A DNA stretch of 64,000 bases, taken from contig NC_045697.1 of the NCBI RefSeq assembly GCF_009834535.1, positions 52,082,001 to 52,146,000 of the forward strand, written 5' to 3'. The DNA is from Camelus ferus (Eukaryota). Below the pieces are notes generated by a model. The model was not told the DNA's origin and made no database searches. It saw nothing but the letters and a program-made list of their open reading frames with translations. A program made the position numbers and the translations under genes. Positions 23,990-37,455 of this stretch are shown in pieces (position 1 is the stretch's first letter; each line of letters opens with the position of its first letter).

Positions 23990-25115
23990 CAAAAGCTAAT
24001 ATTACAACAACTTTGATTTATAACTCAAAATCTTGTTTTCTACATAATTTAAGAAACTAATGCATTAAAATGATTAGTGTTTGGAGGCTCAAAATGTTTA
24101 AAGATGTAATTTTGTGACATCAACAGCTAAAGGGTGGGGATGGAGCTGTAAAGGAGCAGAATTATTATATGTTACTGACATTAAGCTGGTAAAAATTAAA
24201 ATCAAAGTGTAATAACTTTAGGAGGTTAACTATAATCACTATAGTAACAAAAATAGCTATGGAATACACAAAAAAAGGAATTTAAATATTTCACTACAAA
24301 AAAATCAACTAAACACAATAGAATATAGTAATGCAAGAAATGAGGGACAAAAAGTCCGAAGGCATACAAAAAAAAATAGCACAATGACAGGAACAAGTCT
24401 CTCCTTATCAGTGACTATTTTAAATGTAACTTATTAAGCTCTCCAGTCAAAAGACAGATTAACAGAATGGATAAAAACACATGATCCAATTATATGCTGT
24501 CTACAAGTGATTCACTTGCGATCCAAAGCAGCAACATGTTGAAAGTCAAAGGATTTAAAAAAAGATATTGCATGCAAATGGTAAGTAAAAAGGAGGAGTG
24601 GCAGTTATACTATTATCAGAAAAAATGGACTTTAAATTATAAAAGTTTACAAGAGAAAAAAAGGACATGTTAATAAAAATTCAATATAGCAAGAAGATAT
24701 AACAATTATGACAGACCATCAAACTATATAAAGCAAAACCTCACAGAATCAAGGGGAGTAATGGGCAGTTCTACTTTAACAGTGGACAACTTCAATACCT
24801 CTCTCATAGCAATGGATAGAATAGCCAGACAGAAGAAAAACAAATAGAGCACTTAAAGAAATGCAATAAACCAACCAGATCTAACAGACTTATTACACCT
24901 AACACAACCCAACTGCAACAGACTACACATTCTTCTCCAGTACGTATGGGACACTTTCCAGGCTAGGCCACAAATTAAGTCTCAATAGATATTAAGAGAT
25001 AGATACCATACAAAGTATCTTCTCTGAACACAATGGAATAAAGTCAGAAATCAATAATAAAAAGAAAACTGGTAAATTCACCAAACTGTGGAAAGAAACT
25101 ACACACTTTCAACCA
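23990..25115 (+). mobile_element. L1M inter-ORF region plus ORF2 endonuclease fragment
   Basis: tatatgctgtctacaag (ICCLQ), gacaacttcaatacc, tctctgaacacaatggaataaag. Confidence 0.9.
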
Positions 25116-26249
25116 AGTTATGGAAATTATGGGTATCATTTTTTGATTCAGAGGGTTGTGGATGTTGAAAGAGTTCTGCCTGAGAATCTTTATTTTCACA
25201 CTGAAGTGAGTTTCAAGATAAGTCGTTGAGAATGATGATGTGGGATGAGGTTGGGGGCTTGAGGAGGGTGGAACGTTTATAAACAAAGTGACATGAAAAA
25301 TGGAAAACGAAGGTAACTAGGTTTGAGAAAAATACTTCCCCCAAAGTACTGAAATCTCAACTAAAATGAGGGAGTTGGGATTTTTAATAACTTCAACTAG
25401 AATCATTCTGTGAGATTGGAATAACCTAGAAGTGGCTGGGAAGATGACGGCTGACCCCCCCTTTGGCCAGGAGAGCTGGGCTTCCAACTCGGAGGGGAAG
25501 GGGGAAGTGCTGCCTGCTACATAAAATCACTATTTACGTGCCTATGGGCATTTTTCTCAATAATTGTCCGTGCTTTTTCTTATTATTTGCTTGTGCTTGA
25601 GGAATGAACCATACCAAAAACAAAGTGGTATGAGTACATAGTCAGTAATAAAAAATATCTGTCTGTGCCGTAGGCAATGTTTTCAGATACATCACTTGAA
25701 AAGCACAGAATCAAATCCCATTCACTGCACTGAACTTAGAAATAACATACTGGTTTGGTGACATCCCAGGGTCACTTTTAAGCACACAAATTATAAGTAT
25801 ATTGATCCCAAGCATGACAAAGTGACAATTCCTTTTTCAAGAATTTTGTCTCATATCAAAAAAACAAACGAAAAAAAAACCCAAAAATAATTAGAGTGAA
25901 TTTTCCTTAATCCAGAAGAGGAATACACATGATCATTGATTCTTTCCTTTGATCATCAAATTGTAAATCCAACTTCAATACACTGTTTATTAGCACCTGT
26001 GTGGGAGTGTTTTATAGAACATGACAGAAGGACATACAATCAGTCACTTCTGTTAAAGAATGTGTTAAATTGGTGTGAGTAGAGCTGAATTCAGTGGCTA
26101 AACTTGTGGAATAATAATCTGGGAATTACTTTGGGGGAGGCTAAAAAGAACAAGAAAAATATATTCAGTGTATTTTGCTCCAGAATCTAAAGCACTTATC
26201 TCCACAACTGCTCATCTCCCTCCTGAGTCCATTTGCCTCTGGATCTGGC

Positions 26250-26370
26250 AGGAAGAGGAACAGAAGGAGCACTGATCTGGGAGTCAGGACCCCACAGTTC
26301 TGATCTTTGCAGTGTCACTATTTGACTTTTAGTGAATTAAAAATATCCCTGATATTTGTTTTCACATGTA
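26250..26370 (+). mobile_element. MIR fragment
   Basis: gagcactgatctgggagtcaggaccccacagttctgatc. Confidence 0.5.
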
Positions 26371-26939
26371 GCTTGTATACATCTACACTAAGTGAATGAG
26401 ACAAGTGAAACATCTTAGTATATTAAATGTATTTTAATTCTTTCAAATAAGTAGCAATGAATCCTTCCAAGTGTGAATTGCCACTTTCGTCTATTATATT
26501 GAGGAAACAGAAAAAAAAAATGGCCAGAATCACCCTCTACAAATGTTCCTTTATACCTTAGCAATAAGATCTTGGCAATTCCTCTAACATATACTGAGTA
26601 CTTGTTATACACTATATTCTATATGAAACAAGACATGATCCCCCCATCATGGAGACTACAGTGCAAAACTCCCCTTTCCCATCCACCTAAATGTGTACAC
26701 AGCTAATCGTAATACGAGTAGAATGTGGTGAGAGCTGGATTAGCAATAGTACCAAGAAAAGAGTGGGAGGACCGAAAAAGGAGACATACATATGGATGAG
26801 AAAAGTGAGGAAAGGCTTTGGATGTGCCATAGAATTGCCCAGACAAAAATGGAGGAAAAGACACTGCAGATAGAGGGAAGTGTACAAATACAGCAGACAT
26901 AGAGAGGAACGAGTAACGGTGAGAAGGGGGTGGGGATTA

Positions 26940-27070
26940 CCAAGTGCTCCTTGAACACTTAACTATGTTTGGGGCATTGCTCTTAATCCTCCCATCAGGA
27001 AAATGAGGCACATGGAGAGATGATGAAGTCAACTGCTAGGAGTTATTTAATATTCTATGTAGTTTGAACT
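26940..27070 (-). mobile_element. MIR fragment
   Basis: cttaatcctcccatcaggaaaatgaggcacatggagagatgatgaag. Confidence 0.4.
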
Positions 27071-29019
27071 TTGTACTGTATGAAGACAGCCATTTTTGAG
27101 TAGAATGCTGATATGACAGCTGTGCTTCAGGGGAGCTCATCTTGCAGTAAAGAAAAAGCAGGAGACACGGAAACTAATGAGGTGATATTATTAGATTGTG
27201 AAAGAAGTAAAGAGGACCAAGTGAGGACTTGGGACCTTGGTTTTCCAAATAAAATAGTTGGGCCAGACAACATCAAAGGCACCTGCAGCAGCCCAATAAG
27301 ATAGTAAGAATCTGCAAAGAGAGAGAAGAGGGGAGAAATGGCCTCTTCTTGACAGAGGTGCTGCAACATCTCTAAGGCAGTTCAGTGATCTCCCTCCAGC
27401 CCTCCCTCCCCCACCTGAGACCTGCTATGCTTCTCATTCAGAAATGTCAAGTTCCCGACATTGTTTATGACCCTCCTATTGAAGACCCTTATCAAACAGG
27501 TCCCCCCAAACTTTCAAGCCCTAATCAGTCTACTCAGCCTCTTCCCTTACGTGCCAGAGTTCCAGCTTCTGTTAGAAATAAAGAAGAAAAGTATGTGCAC
27601 AATCCCTTTTCCTGCAGTATCACATGGCATATCAGTGTTCCCCCACTTTCCCAATATGCCAGGGTGCACTTGGGTCTTTATGTATCTGACATTCTAAGTA
27701 CAAATATTTGCTTTGTGAAATTTGGTAAATTCATGTATGGGAAAGGGCAACTAGCAATATCGAGCAAAATGAGGGTTAAAAAAAAATTCTGCAAGTTGGA
27801 TGGAAACAGAGATAGTAGTTGTAGTACTCACCAACCCTTACAGTGCCTTAAGTTATAGTGCTTCATGGAAAACCTGTCTGAACATCACTGTGCATATGGT
27901 ACGTCTGCTTTGAGGAACACACAGAATAGAGGGTGGTCCATCATTCCACGCTGTGTTGATTCTGAATTATCAAAAGGCTGAGCTCATTCATCACATGTGC
28001 CAGAATCATTTGGTCTACTGACTATTCTTTCTTCCAGACTACAATTATGCGTTATAAACTCTTCCATTTAGGTCTAATAATAGGATTTCTGATGCTGCTA
28101 ATTCTGGCACAGGAAGCCAGTAAAGGGATATCCTATCGAAATGGGTATAAAAGAACAGATAAATAGAAAAGTAGAGCACATCGTGTCTTTCCCCGGGTAG
28201 GTGCCCAGTAAAGTTTATTTTCTGGTACTAGGCTCATAGTGGTGGTTATGTGTCATTTTTCTGAAGGTACTAAGTAAATGAATTGGAATTAAATTCTAAA
28301 AAGAATAAAAGTTTAAGTCTTGATTTATTCTGGGGATTTGAGATATTTTCCTTTGGTGTCAGTCAGAACTGGCAAAACCAACAAACACATGGACCAGTCT
28401 ACTTCATTGACACCAGGTCCAATGCCCTGAGATATTCCCACCACTTTAAACAGGCAACCCCAGAAAGGACCACCAGGGAAGAAGAGCTCATTCCCTCGGT
28501 TAGGCTATTGTTCTCAGATTTAGGGCAAAGCGCCTCTAAGTTACCCTTATTAACAGGCTTAATTTTTGCCCCTTTTGTTCCTGATAGTACAAGTTTGCTC
28601 TGTTCCAGAGTGACATCTTGTGCTTGTGGAACACAAATCACATGTAACAATTAATCTTTATGAGAAATAAGACAGTGACAAAAAGTGCCGAGGCTCGTGC
28701 TTAGGATAGCATCAGTTAATCATGGGAAAGATTCTCTGGAGGGTGTTGACTGGGGGCTGGCATTACTGAATGGGTTTTTTCTGACTTAAAAGAAGGTTAG
28801 AGGGGATGCTGTGGTGACCAAGCACCCAGCTCCCTGGTACACTTACTGTGCAGCCTAACAGTATCAGTGTCTTTAGTGAGAAATAAGCCAAATTTTATCA
28901 ACTAGAAGACTCAGAAATCCAAATTAACACATTAAATACTGTTGTGTTTCAATAACTGAAAGTCAGCTTCTAAGCAACTAGTGTAACTCAAAAAGAGCCA
29001 ATATCAATGTTAAACAGTC

Positions 29020-29190
29020 CTTTTAAAATATTTTATCTTACTGTGGTATGAACACTTAAACGTGAGATTTACCCTCTTAAATTACTAACCAACAAGCATA
29101 AATTTTCTGATAAGCAAGATGAGTAAGTTCTAGAGATCTGCTCTACAACATTGTGTCTACAGTCAGCAATACTGTATTGTACACTTAAAT
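29020..29190 (-). mobile_element. Short 5'-inverted L1MA9-like 3' end
   Basis: Antisense terminal 3'UTR at 29020-29082, then the adjacent upstream 3'UTR in sense orientation at 29110-29190. Confidence 0.7.
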
Positions 29191-31524
29191 GTCTGATCTT
29201 TCTTAAATGGTAAATTTGCTCAGTTAATCACCTTGAACTGAATTTGAATCTTCCAATATATACACATAAAGCATAAGATCACAAGTTAGAGAAAAATTAA
29301 ATTTTTTCTAAATAAATTGTAACATTTCCCCTCCCTTTAAGCCAGAAAAACAATTGCATTCCAGTGGGTCAATGAACACTGATAAAAACAGTAATTAATC
29401 GCACCTGGTCCATCAGCAAAAATGATAAGCTAGTCACACAGACCTTCATCTCTAATGCAGAGAGGACCACTGTTCTTCCTTCTATGCCAGGGATCCCTGT
29501 GCCAGGTGGAACAATCAGAACTTGGATAAAGGAGTTACAAAAACATTCATCTAACCCATGTGTCATGGATTCCTCATTATTGTACCTGTACACATAATAA
29601 ACACACATTCTCAGGAGGGTAACAGAGGAAACCTAAATGGTACATTTTAATGCTTATGTGAAATATAGCCATGAGCAGGACAATGTGTTAGAATCCAAAT
29701 TTTGACACCAACCAAGTCTTTTAAAGAACAGAATTGCTATAATCTAGATAAGGGAATAGAAAGTATGAATTTTAAGATAAAGAAGTATTTTCTTTTCAAT
29801 ATAATGCACCTGGCAGAGAGTAAGAACTCAATCACAGTTTTTGAATGCATTTTGAAAAAAATAGTGTTTTGCTTTGATCTTTAGACTCTTGAAGACAGGG
29901 AACACTGTCAGCATATGATTTCTTATGACATGCCAGTTCTAAACTGCTGAGTGACATAATTTGCATATTCTGCATATTGAAGTCCTCTGTAACACTAAAT
30001 ACTACATGAAATAAAAATCATGTAATTTATCTGTTATTTTCAGAGAAAATAATTCAGATAGTAACCATTTGTGAGCAGTTATTTGCAGCCACCAAATTAA
30101 ACATTAATTTTGAAATAACCCTCCATAAACTTTTATCTTCAACTTGTATGAACATTCTTGAGATTTAAATAAAAGGAACAGCTTAAGAATTAAGGGAACT
30201 CTGCTAAAAATACATAAATTTCTTTATATTTATTTAATGAGAAAATTAGATTACTATAACATAGCAAATTTTGACAGAGTACTGGATAATAACTTGCTTG
30301 GTTAGATAGCTTCATAAAGCCTAAATAATAATTAAGACTTTGGATAGCTTTATTATTTGGATAGCTTTATTAGGTACAGAGGGGTTTAACTCAGGTAATT
30401 AGCTATTCTTACTCTGGGAAATCAAACCAAATACTTTACCCAGGTACAGGACTTTAAAGTACTCTTGGTGGTTTGTATAGAATTAGTAAATTAAATAAAA
30501 ACATATAATCAACATGGCCAGCAAACAACATTGAAGACTAATTCCAAAATTTTTTCTGAATGGGAAAACCAGTTGTTCAGTTTAACAATATTGAATCATT
30601 TTTGCTGTTTTGAAGGTGAGATAGCTGAAGAGTTGAAGTGATAGAAGATGTAATGGAAAGATTAAAGCAGGGTGTTTATAAAATCCTTGTCAGAAAATCT
30701 TGTTTCTGCTATTGATATATTATTACCAGTAACAGTAGATAGAGCAAATTTTTCACATATGCACTGAGTGACAGGTTATCTAGAGCCCTTAAGAGAATTT
30801 TTGTTTTGTTTTGCACCCTCACTCTCCCACATATACCCAAGTTAATCATGTTATTATATCTCTTTCATGCTGTTGTTTGAAATCACTAGGGCCTGAACAA
30901 TCCACAGAAATCAAGAATCCACATGTCACAAATCAAGAAGGTTTTTTTCCTTGTGTTTTAATTTACTGTTTTATTTTTATGTTACTACTTATTCATGAAG
31001 CACTTTGGTCTTCCCTGAAATCCAAGATGGAAGAAGGAATCACTCTGAATGGCTTTAACATAAAAGACATATGGAAGACCAGCAGGAAAGAGGGGAGCTT
31101 CGTGCATGAAACCCAACCACTTTAAAGAATAGGCCAAGAGTACTTTAAAGTCTTGGACCACCTGGTGCACATCCCACAGGATGCATCTCCCACATGGAAA
31201 GGGAGGGAGGAAGACACAAAGAAGCAAAGAAAGGGGACAGTGTGTACATTCAGAAAGTCACATTTATCTCATAGCAAAAGGAAAAATATATGGAAGATCA
31301 TATAAAAAGACAAACAAGGCAACAATGATTACAACAGGAACATTAAAATAACCCAAAAAATCTCAATGTGTTTGGGAGGTATAGATAATTGACTAAAATA
31401 TAACTCATACAAACCACCAAGAATACTTTAAAGTCCTGTACCAAGCGGTGCATGTACCATGTAGACTGCACACATTAAAGAGTAGAAAAATGAATAAAAG
31501 TAAATAAATGCCTCAATTAAATAT

Positions 31525-31831
31525 ATAAACAAATATTTTCTCCCATTCCACAGGTTGTCTTTTAGTTTTACTTATAGTTTCCTTTGCTGTGCAAAAGCTT
31601 GTAAGTTTAATTAGGTCCCATTTGTTTTTTTCCCCTTTTCTTTCTATTGCCTGGGTAGACTGCCCTATGAGAACATTGCTAAGACTTATGTCAGATAATG
31701 ATTTGCTATGTTTTCCTCTAAGAGGTTTTTAGTGTCTTGTCTTATGTTAAGTCTTTAAGCCATTTTGAGCTTGTTTTTGTGTATGGTGTGAGGGAGTGTT
31801 CTAACTTCATTGATCTACATGGAGCTGTCCA
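31525..31831 (-). mobile_element. Young L1 ORF2 internal fragment (no tail or TSD visible)
   Basis: aaatattttctcccattcc...gcaaaagcttgtaagtttaattaggtccc...ctgggtagactgccc...gagtgttctaacttcattgat. Confidence 0.9.
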
Positions 31832-31959
31832 CTACTAATCTACTAAGTATCATTGACGGATTTTGACTAATTCATTTATATCTCTACAAGTTTATATATG
31901 GAAGTAGACAAACAAGAATTCACTTTATGTTTGGACATATAAGTATTTGTAAATATTTG

Positions 31960-32095
31960 TTCAATGTCTCTTTTCCACAAAAAAATAAGATTATCTAGGG
32001 AGGTATATCTGTTTTATTAAGATACCATATCCCAGTTCCAATCACAGTGCCTAGTATGTAGTGGGTCCTTCATACATATTAGCTGACTGAATTAC
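31960..32095 (+). mobile_element. L2 3' end
   Basis: atcccagttccaatcacagtgcctagtatgtagtgggtccttcatacatattagctgactgaat. Confidence 0.7.
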
Positions 32096-32119
32096 AAAGT
32101 TAGTAATGTATCAAAGCAG

Positions 32120-32250
32120 ATTAACTGCCCACATTTTACAGATTAAGACATATGAACTGGACAATTTAAATCACTTACCAGTGGTTTTGAGGCTAGAAAG
32201 TGGTCTGGGATAGGTCAGACCAACATTAAGCTCTAAGCTGTTTCCACTAC
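32120..32250 (-). mobile_element. MIR fragment
   Basis: cccacattttacagattaagaca...aaatcacttacc...ggctagaaagtgg. Confidence 0.55.
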
Positions 32251-32584
32251 AATGTGATCTTGTTGCTAGAGTGTCATTTGAAAAATGCAATTAACAATAC
32301 ATCTTTTCTTATTATCTTCAAATTTGGTAAAATGTAATTGCAGTCATAATACTCTGACATGGAATAAAAATTTGAATGACCTTATAAATTGGAGCAGAAA
32401 ATGCACTTGATAGTAGAGCTGACTAAAGCAGGACTTCCGTAGTTCCACCTATCATTTGCTAAACCTGCCTGGTAGTATTTGAGTGTTTTGTTTTGTTTGT
32501 TTAGCAAAGACTATTAGAAGAAATGATATTTTCATCTCTTTGTTAAGTATTTTCTTTCCAAAAGATTAGGAGATGGGAAGATGA

Positions 32585-32978
32585 CTTATGGACTGAATGT
32601 TTGTCTTCCCCCCTGCAAAAAAAAAAAAAAAAAATTCTTATTTTGAAGCCCTAACCTCCAACGTGATGGTATTTGGAAGTGGAGACTGAGGGATGATTAG
32701 GTTTAGATGAGGTCATGTGTGTAGGGCCCCCATGATGGGATCGGTGTCCTCATACAAAGAGGCAGAGAGACCATAACACATGCACACACACACTGTCATG
32801 TGAGGCTATAACTCATAGGCAACCAACTGTACACAGAAACAGAGCTCTCACCAGAAACTGAACACTGCTGGACCTTGATCTGGGGCTTTACAGCCTCTGG
32901 AACTATGAGAAAAAACATTTTTGTTCTTTAAGCTACCCCATCTATGGTATTTTATAGCTGCCCGAGCTGACTAATACA
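32585..32978 (+). mobile_element. MLT1A-type MaLR solo LTR
   Basis: tatggactgaatgtttgtc...gaagccctaacctccaacgtgatggtatttgga...gctgcccgagctgactaataca. Confidence 0.9.
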
Positions 32979-33353
32979 GGTGGAAAAAGGAAACTTCAGA
33001 GAAATGCATATTATAAACATGCTTTTCATATTTACTTTCACTATTCTGCTCAGGCTCAACATCTTATGTAATTTTTTTCTTAATGTGTTTCCATCATTGT
33101 GCCATTTTAACCCAACAATATTCTCTAATTTTGTTTTCTAACGGATTATGTAACATTTTAACTTGTATCCCACTGGTATCTCTTTGGGTTTGAAGTGAAT
33201 ATAGGAATAACCCTGTTTTCCTTTCACACACTGACATATATAACTATTTTCTCAAACATTAAAGATGATTACATTGCAGAAAATGACTAGCTGTACTGTA
33301 TTTCCACTGAAGCTTTAAGGAGAGTAAATGGAATTATATTGTAACATAATATA

Positions 33354-33574
33354 CAGTCAACACTTGAACAACATAGGTTAGAAAAGCATGGGTTCACTTA
33401 TACACGGATTTTTTTTTCAATAAATACGTACTACAGTACTATATGATCCCAGGTGGTTTGATTCCACAGATGTGAAACTGTGGGTATGGAGGGTCAACTG
33501 TAAAGTTATACCTGGATTTTCAACTGTACAGAGGGTCGTTGCCCCTAATCTTGGAGTTGTTCAAGGGTCAACTA
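33354..33574 (+). mobile_element. MER8/Tigger2-type transposon
   Basis: TIRs cagtcaacacttgaacaac / gttgttcaagggtcaacta, TA flanks. Confidence 0.85.
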
Positions 33575-34224
33575 TAATTAGATAGACACTACAAGAGTAA
33601 AATAACAGATGATAAAGTTTGGGAGGGGAGTATTCTATTGCAAATCTCTAACTAGCATGTATGAAGGCTTTCAGGTTATTTAGGTGAAGACTACTTGGAG
33701 GGAAAGGAGGGATAAAAATGATTATTTTAAATGTAATTATTAGATTTATATTATATATATTATATTAATTATTATTTATTCTTATCACCCCAAATAAGTA
33801 GTAATGGAATAATCTCTCTCATTACTCATGCTTAAAGTTTCTTTTTATAAATTTAGTAAAATCAAATTTTATGAATATTTGACTTTTAATAAATTAAGAG
33901 TTAATTTTGTAGAAAAGATCATTCTGTTAGTACTTATGGAAGTATATATTTTTAATCAGACAAGTTTTTTCTCCACGTTTTCTTTTTTAATAAATAGAAA
34001 GCCACATAATGACATATGTGATCCAGACCATGGATGGGTATCAGAGTGGAAATAATTGATGCTGTGCCATTTCTTCTTGTTTATTTATTTGCTATACAAT
34101 ATGGCCAATTCATTACTCATTCACCAACTTACAAGTAGCTCTTTTTATAGGCTTTAATCTTATGACATGAGAATTATTTTCTCTTTGGTACCTCTGGAAA
34201 CTGACAGATTAATGATAAGAATAG

Positions 34225-34410
34225 TGATTATAATCAGCAGCTATTATTTGTTGAGGATTTCCCTAGTCCAGACACTAAGAACTATCTCATTTTAACCTCA
34301 CAACAGCCCTGTAGTAATTATTATTAGGATGGTTCCATTACTAAGTTTATATGGCTAAAAAGTGGAGGAGAAGACGTTTGTATCCAGGGCTATGCTACTC
34401 CAAGGTTAAC
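34225..34410 (-). mobile_element. MIR fragment
   Basis: tatctcattttaacctcacaacagccctgtag. Confidence 0.6.
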
Positions 34411-37400
34411 ACCCCCCAGTGACATCATGAGTAAATATCAACTGCGGCACAAGAGCACCACAGATTATGGTTTTACAAAAGCAGAAAATATAGAACCTGA
34501 TACCGAATAAGGAAAAAAAATATGGTACACATTTATCTGGAAACACAGACAAATCTCTCCATCAACAATACATACCTTCATCAGTTGAGAATTTACATGA
34601 ACATTGTTACCAGATCCATTTTTGACCCAAATTCAAATTGACTTCATTATTTTCTAGATTAAAGAGCATTCTGGAATTCTTCCTTCAAGCACTAAAATTC
34701 TGTAAGATGGCTCTATCATTTTATTTTCCAAAGGAAACAAACTAGATATATAATGAAAGTGTCTTCTTAACTTAATCTTTAATCCGAGACATGTAAATAC
34801 ACATAAATTAGTTAAAAGCTCATAAGCATGCCCTAGTGCCTGCTCAGTTTACCATACTTATGAATATGCACACGCTTAATTTATTTTCTGAATCCTCCCA
34901 AGATGCACAATAGAAGCATGAAATTTCAAATAAGGCAATTTGATAAACTTTGTGTTTAACAGATGTACACTTTAAGATATAAAAAGATTACTCATTAACT
35001 AGTTCAGGGAGCATGTAAGAAATTAGAGCATCTGCAACACCCTCTTAGAATTTTCTTTTCTTAAACTGTTTAAAATGATTTGAATATGAATCATCAAATT
35101 TTAATTTAAATGGGGAATTTGAATGCAGATATCCTACAGCATTGTGAAGCTACCTTATCGGTAACTTTGAGTTCATTTGCATAGTATGTCTTTGGCCCCT
35201 TGTTAAATAAGAGCGAGAAAGAAGAAATTTATCCATTTGTCAAAGGCTGAGATAGGAAGGATCTCAGGGATCTGCCCAAATTCAAAGAATTCATTAGGAC
35301 TGTTCACATCCCTGATGAAATCTAGCAAGTTATGTTATTCATCAGAACTTTTATTTTAGGTGAACCCGTGTCTTTGAACGGAGATGGCCTTTAGTGGGAA
35401 TGCATTAGAAAAAGAGAATAAGAGTTAGAATCTGTCTTCCCAAAGCCACACTCCAGCCCTAAAATATCAGGTTGATAAATGCCATAAGAAACCCAGATCT
35501 AAAATCTTTTTAGAAATAAAGATGATTTTCTATTTTCTCCATAGGTATTATGTTAAAGATAAAAAATGAGAAGAAATCTTTGGTAACTAGAGGTTCACCG
35601 AGATAGAAATTCCAAAGTAGGTTTTGGTCTTCGAGAGTAATATTTTTCAAACTGTCCTCAATGTTCTGCAACTCTATTTTGGCCAGCAACTCTGTAACTA
35701 AGTGGATCAAAGTCTATCTTTACGTTTGAGTCACTATTTTTACTTTGCCTGAACCTCACATTCTGACATCAATACCCATAAGACTATGTACCTTCCCCAG
35801 GCCAGATATACTTAAGTTTCCCTCTATACCAGCCATTTTCCCAGCCCAAGCTCAGAAACACCCCAAGTTAACATCTTCTCAAGCATCCAGGAATGGGACA
35901 GTGTCTTCTATGGAGCCGTTACATTCAATGGTATGATAATGCCTAAACTTAGAACCCAACAGCCCTTTCCAGCCAACTCAACACATTCAATTCATCTGCC
36001 TTTCTAAGATTTCAAATGGAAGGGAATCTTTCTAGTTAATGTCTCCAAAGGCCAAAACTGGTACATTTCCCAAACTTGGATTCAGGTCATTAGTTCTCAG
36101 AGAATTCCCATGATACTTTGCATTTTTCAAAGACAAAAATAGTAACAGTTATAATAGTAATAAATTCATCCTTGTCCTCTTCTCCCCTTTGCTTAACTTA
36201 AGAGCCAGGGTTGTTCTTGGACCTCAACACTGAGAGTCCTCAACTTTTCATCTTGAACTCCCTTCACTCCCCACAAAAAGTTTCTGTGTTGGCCATAGAA
36301 CATATCCAATGTCCTGAGATGATTTAGATTAATAGTTTTTTTTTTTAATGTGTTTGTGGTTTCAAGGAGTTAGAAGAGGTTTCTTAGAAGTAACTCAGGA
36401 TCCATTTAAAAAAAAGAGAAAATTCAATTGGAGATTTTTATGCTCTCCGCTCTATACTGGGCCAGAAGAGTACTGCTCTTCTGCATGGTAAGTTTTATAC
36501 TGTGTACAGAGAAAGCACAGCTAGAGAAAAACTTCGAAACCATAGCCTTAGATAATTGATATCCTGGAATTAGGACATAAAAGGAATCCTAAATTTGCTC
36601 CAAGTTACCAAGTCAAGTTAGGCTTTGGGGGAAGACAAATATTATGGGGTATTTCCTCATAATATTTATATCTTAAGACACATAAAATAGGCTTAGTTTA
36701 GAACTAATCATACTTTTGTTATGTACTTGCTGATTTTCTGAAAAACAAACAAACAAAAAAACCACCTTAGGAGGAATGGAAACCAAAACAAAACGGTAAC
36801 TTTTTATTTTTTTTTAAAGGAGAAACTGTGTATATGCCTCATTTAACTTAATAAAATTTTATAAGGCGTGTGGAGTTTTGCCATTCCTACTCAAAAAACA
36901 AAAAGCCATGCCAAGGGTGATTCAATCTAGTATCCTTTTTCCTGTGAGGAAGGTAGAAATGGGTCACCTTCATATTATATGCTCCAACTTGCAAGAAATC
37001 TCATTCATTATCTCAGAACAAAAATGTGCCTTCCTTTTCTCTTTAAACAATCTAATTAAATTTTAATGCTTTTATCCTTAGAAGTAACTGATATACAACC
37101 AAAGTTACACTGAGGAGGAAATGGTCTTCAAGAAGTTCACGGTCTAAACTGATGACACAATCACCATATATGGTAAGGAAAGTTTTTGAAAGTTTTTAAA
37201 TTACATGAAAAAAACATGTAATTTAAAAGAACAAGAATAAAGTAAGATGAAAACATTCTAGATGAACCAGGCTTACGAACTTAGAAGAAAAGGGGAAGTA
37301 TTCTATTACAAATACTCTAGATTCAAGAGAATTCCTATTTTATATATTCTGCATTTATCTATAACTTTTCACAGTCTGTCCTACTAATTCAGGAACTCCT

Positions 37401-37455
37401 AATTCCAATGATTAAATGATTATTTGGTTTACTTTTATCAAGGTAGTAGTAAGGC

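Noticed and set aside
27113..28654. Several 60-157 aa ORFs
   Set aside because: Overlapping on both strands, mostly non-ATG starts, no homology recognised and no coherent splice structure.
30339..30372. Tandem duplication ttggatagctttatta x2 (similarly acagttccaa x2 at ~5165)
   Set aside because: Ordinary slippage duplications.
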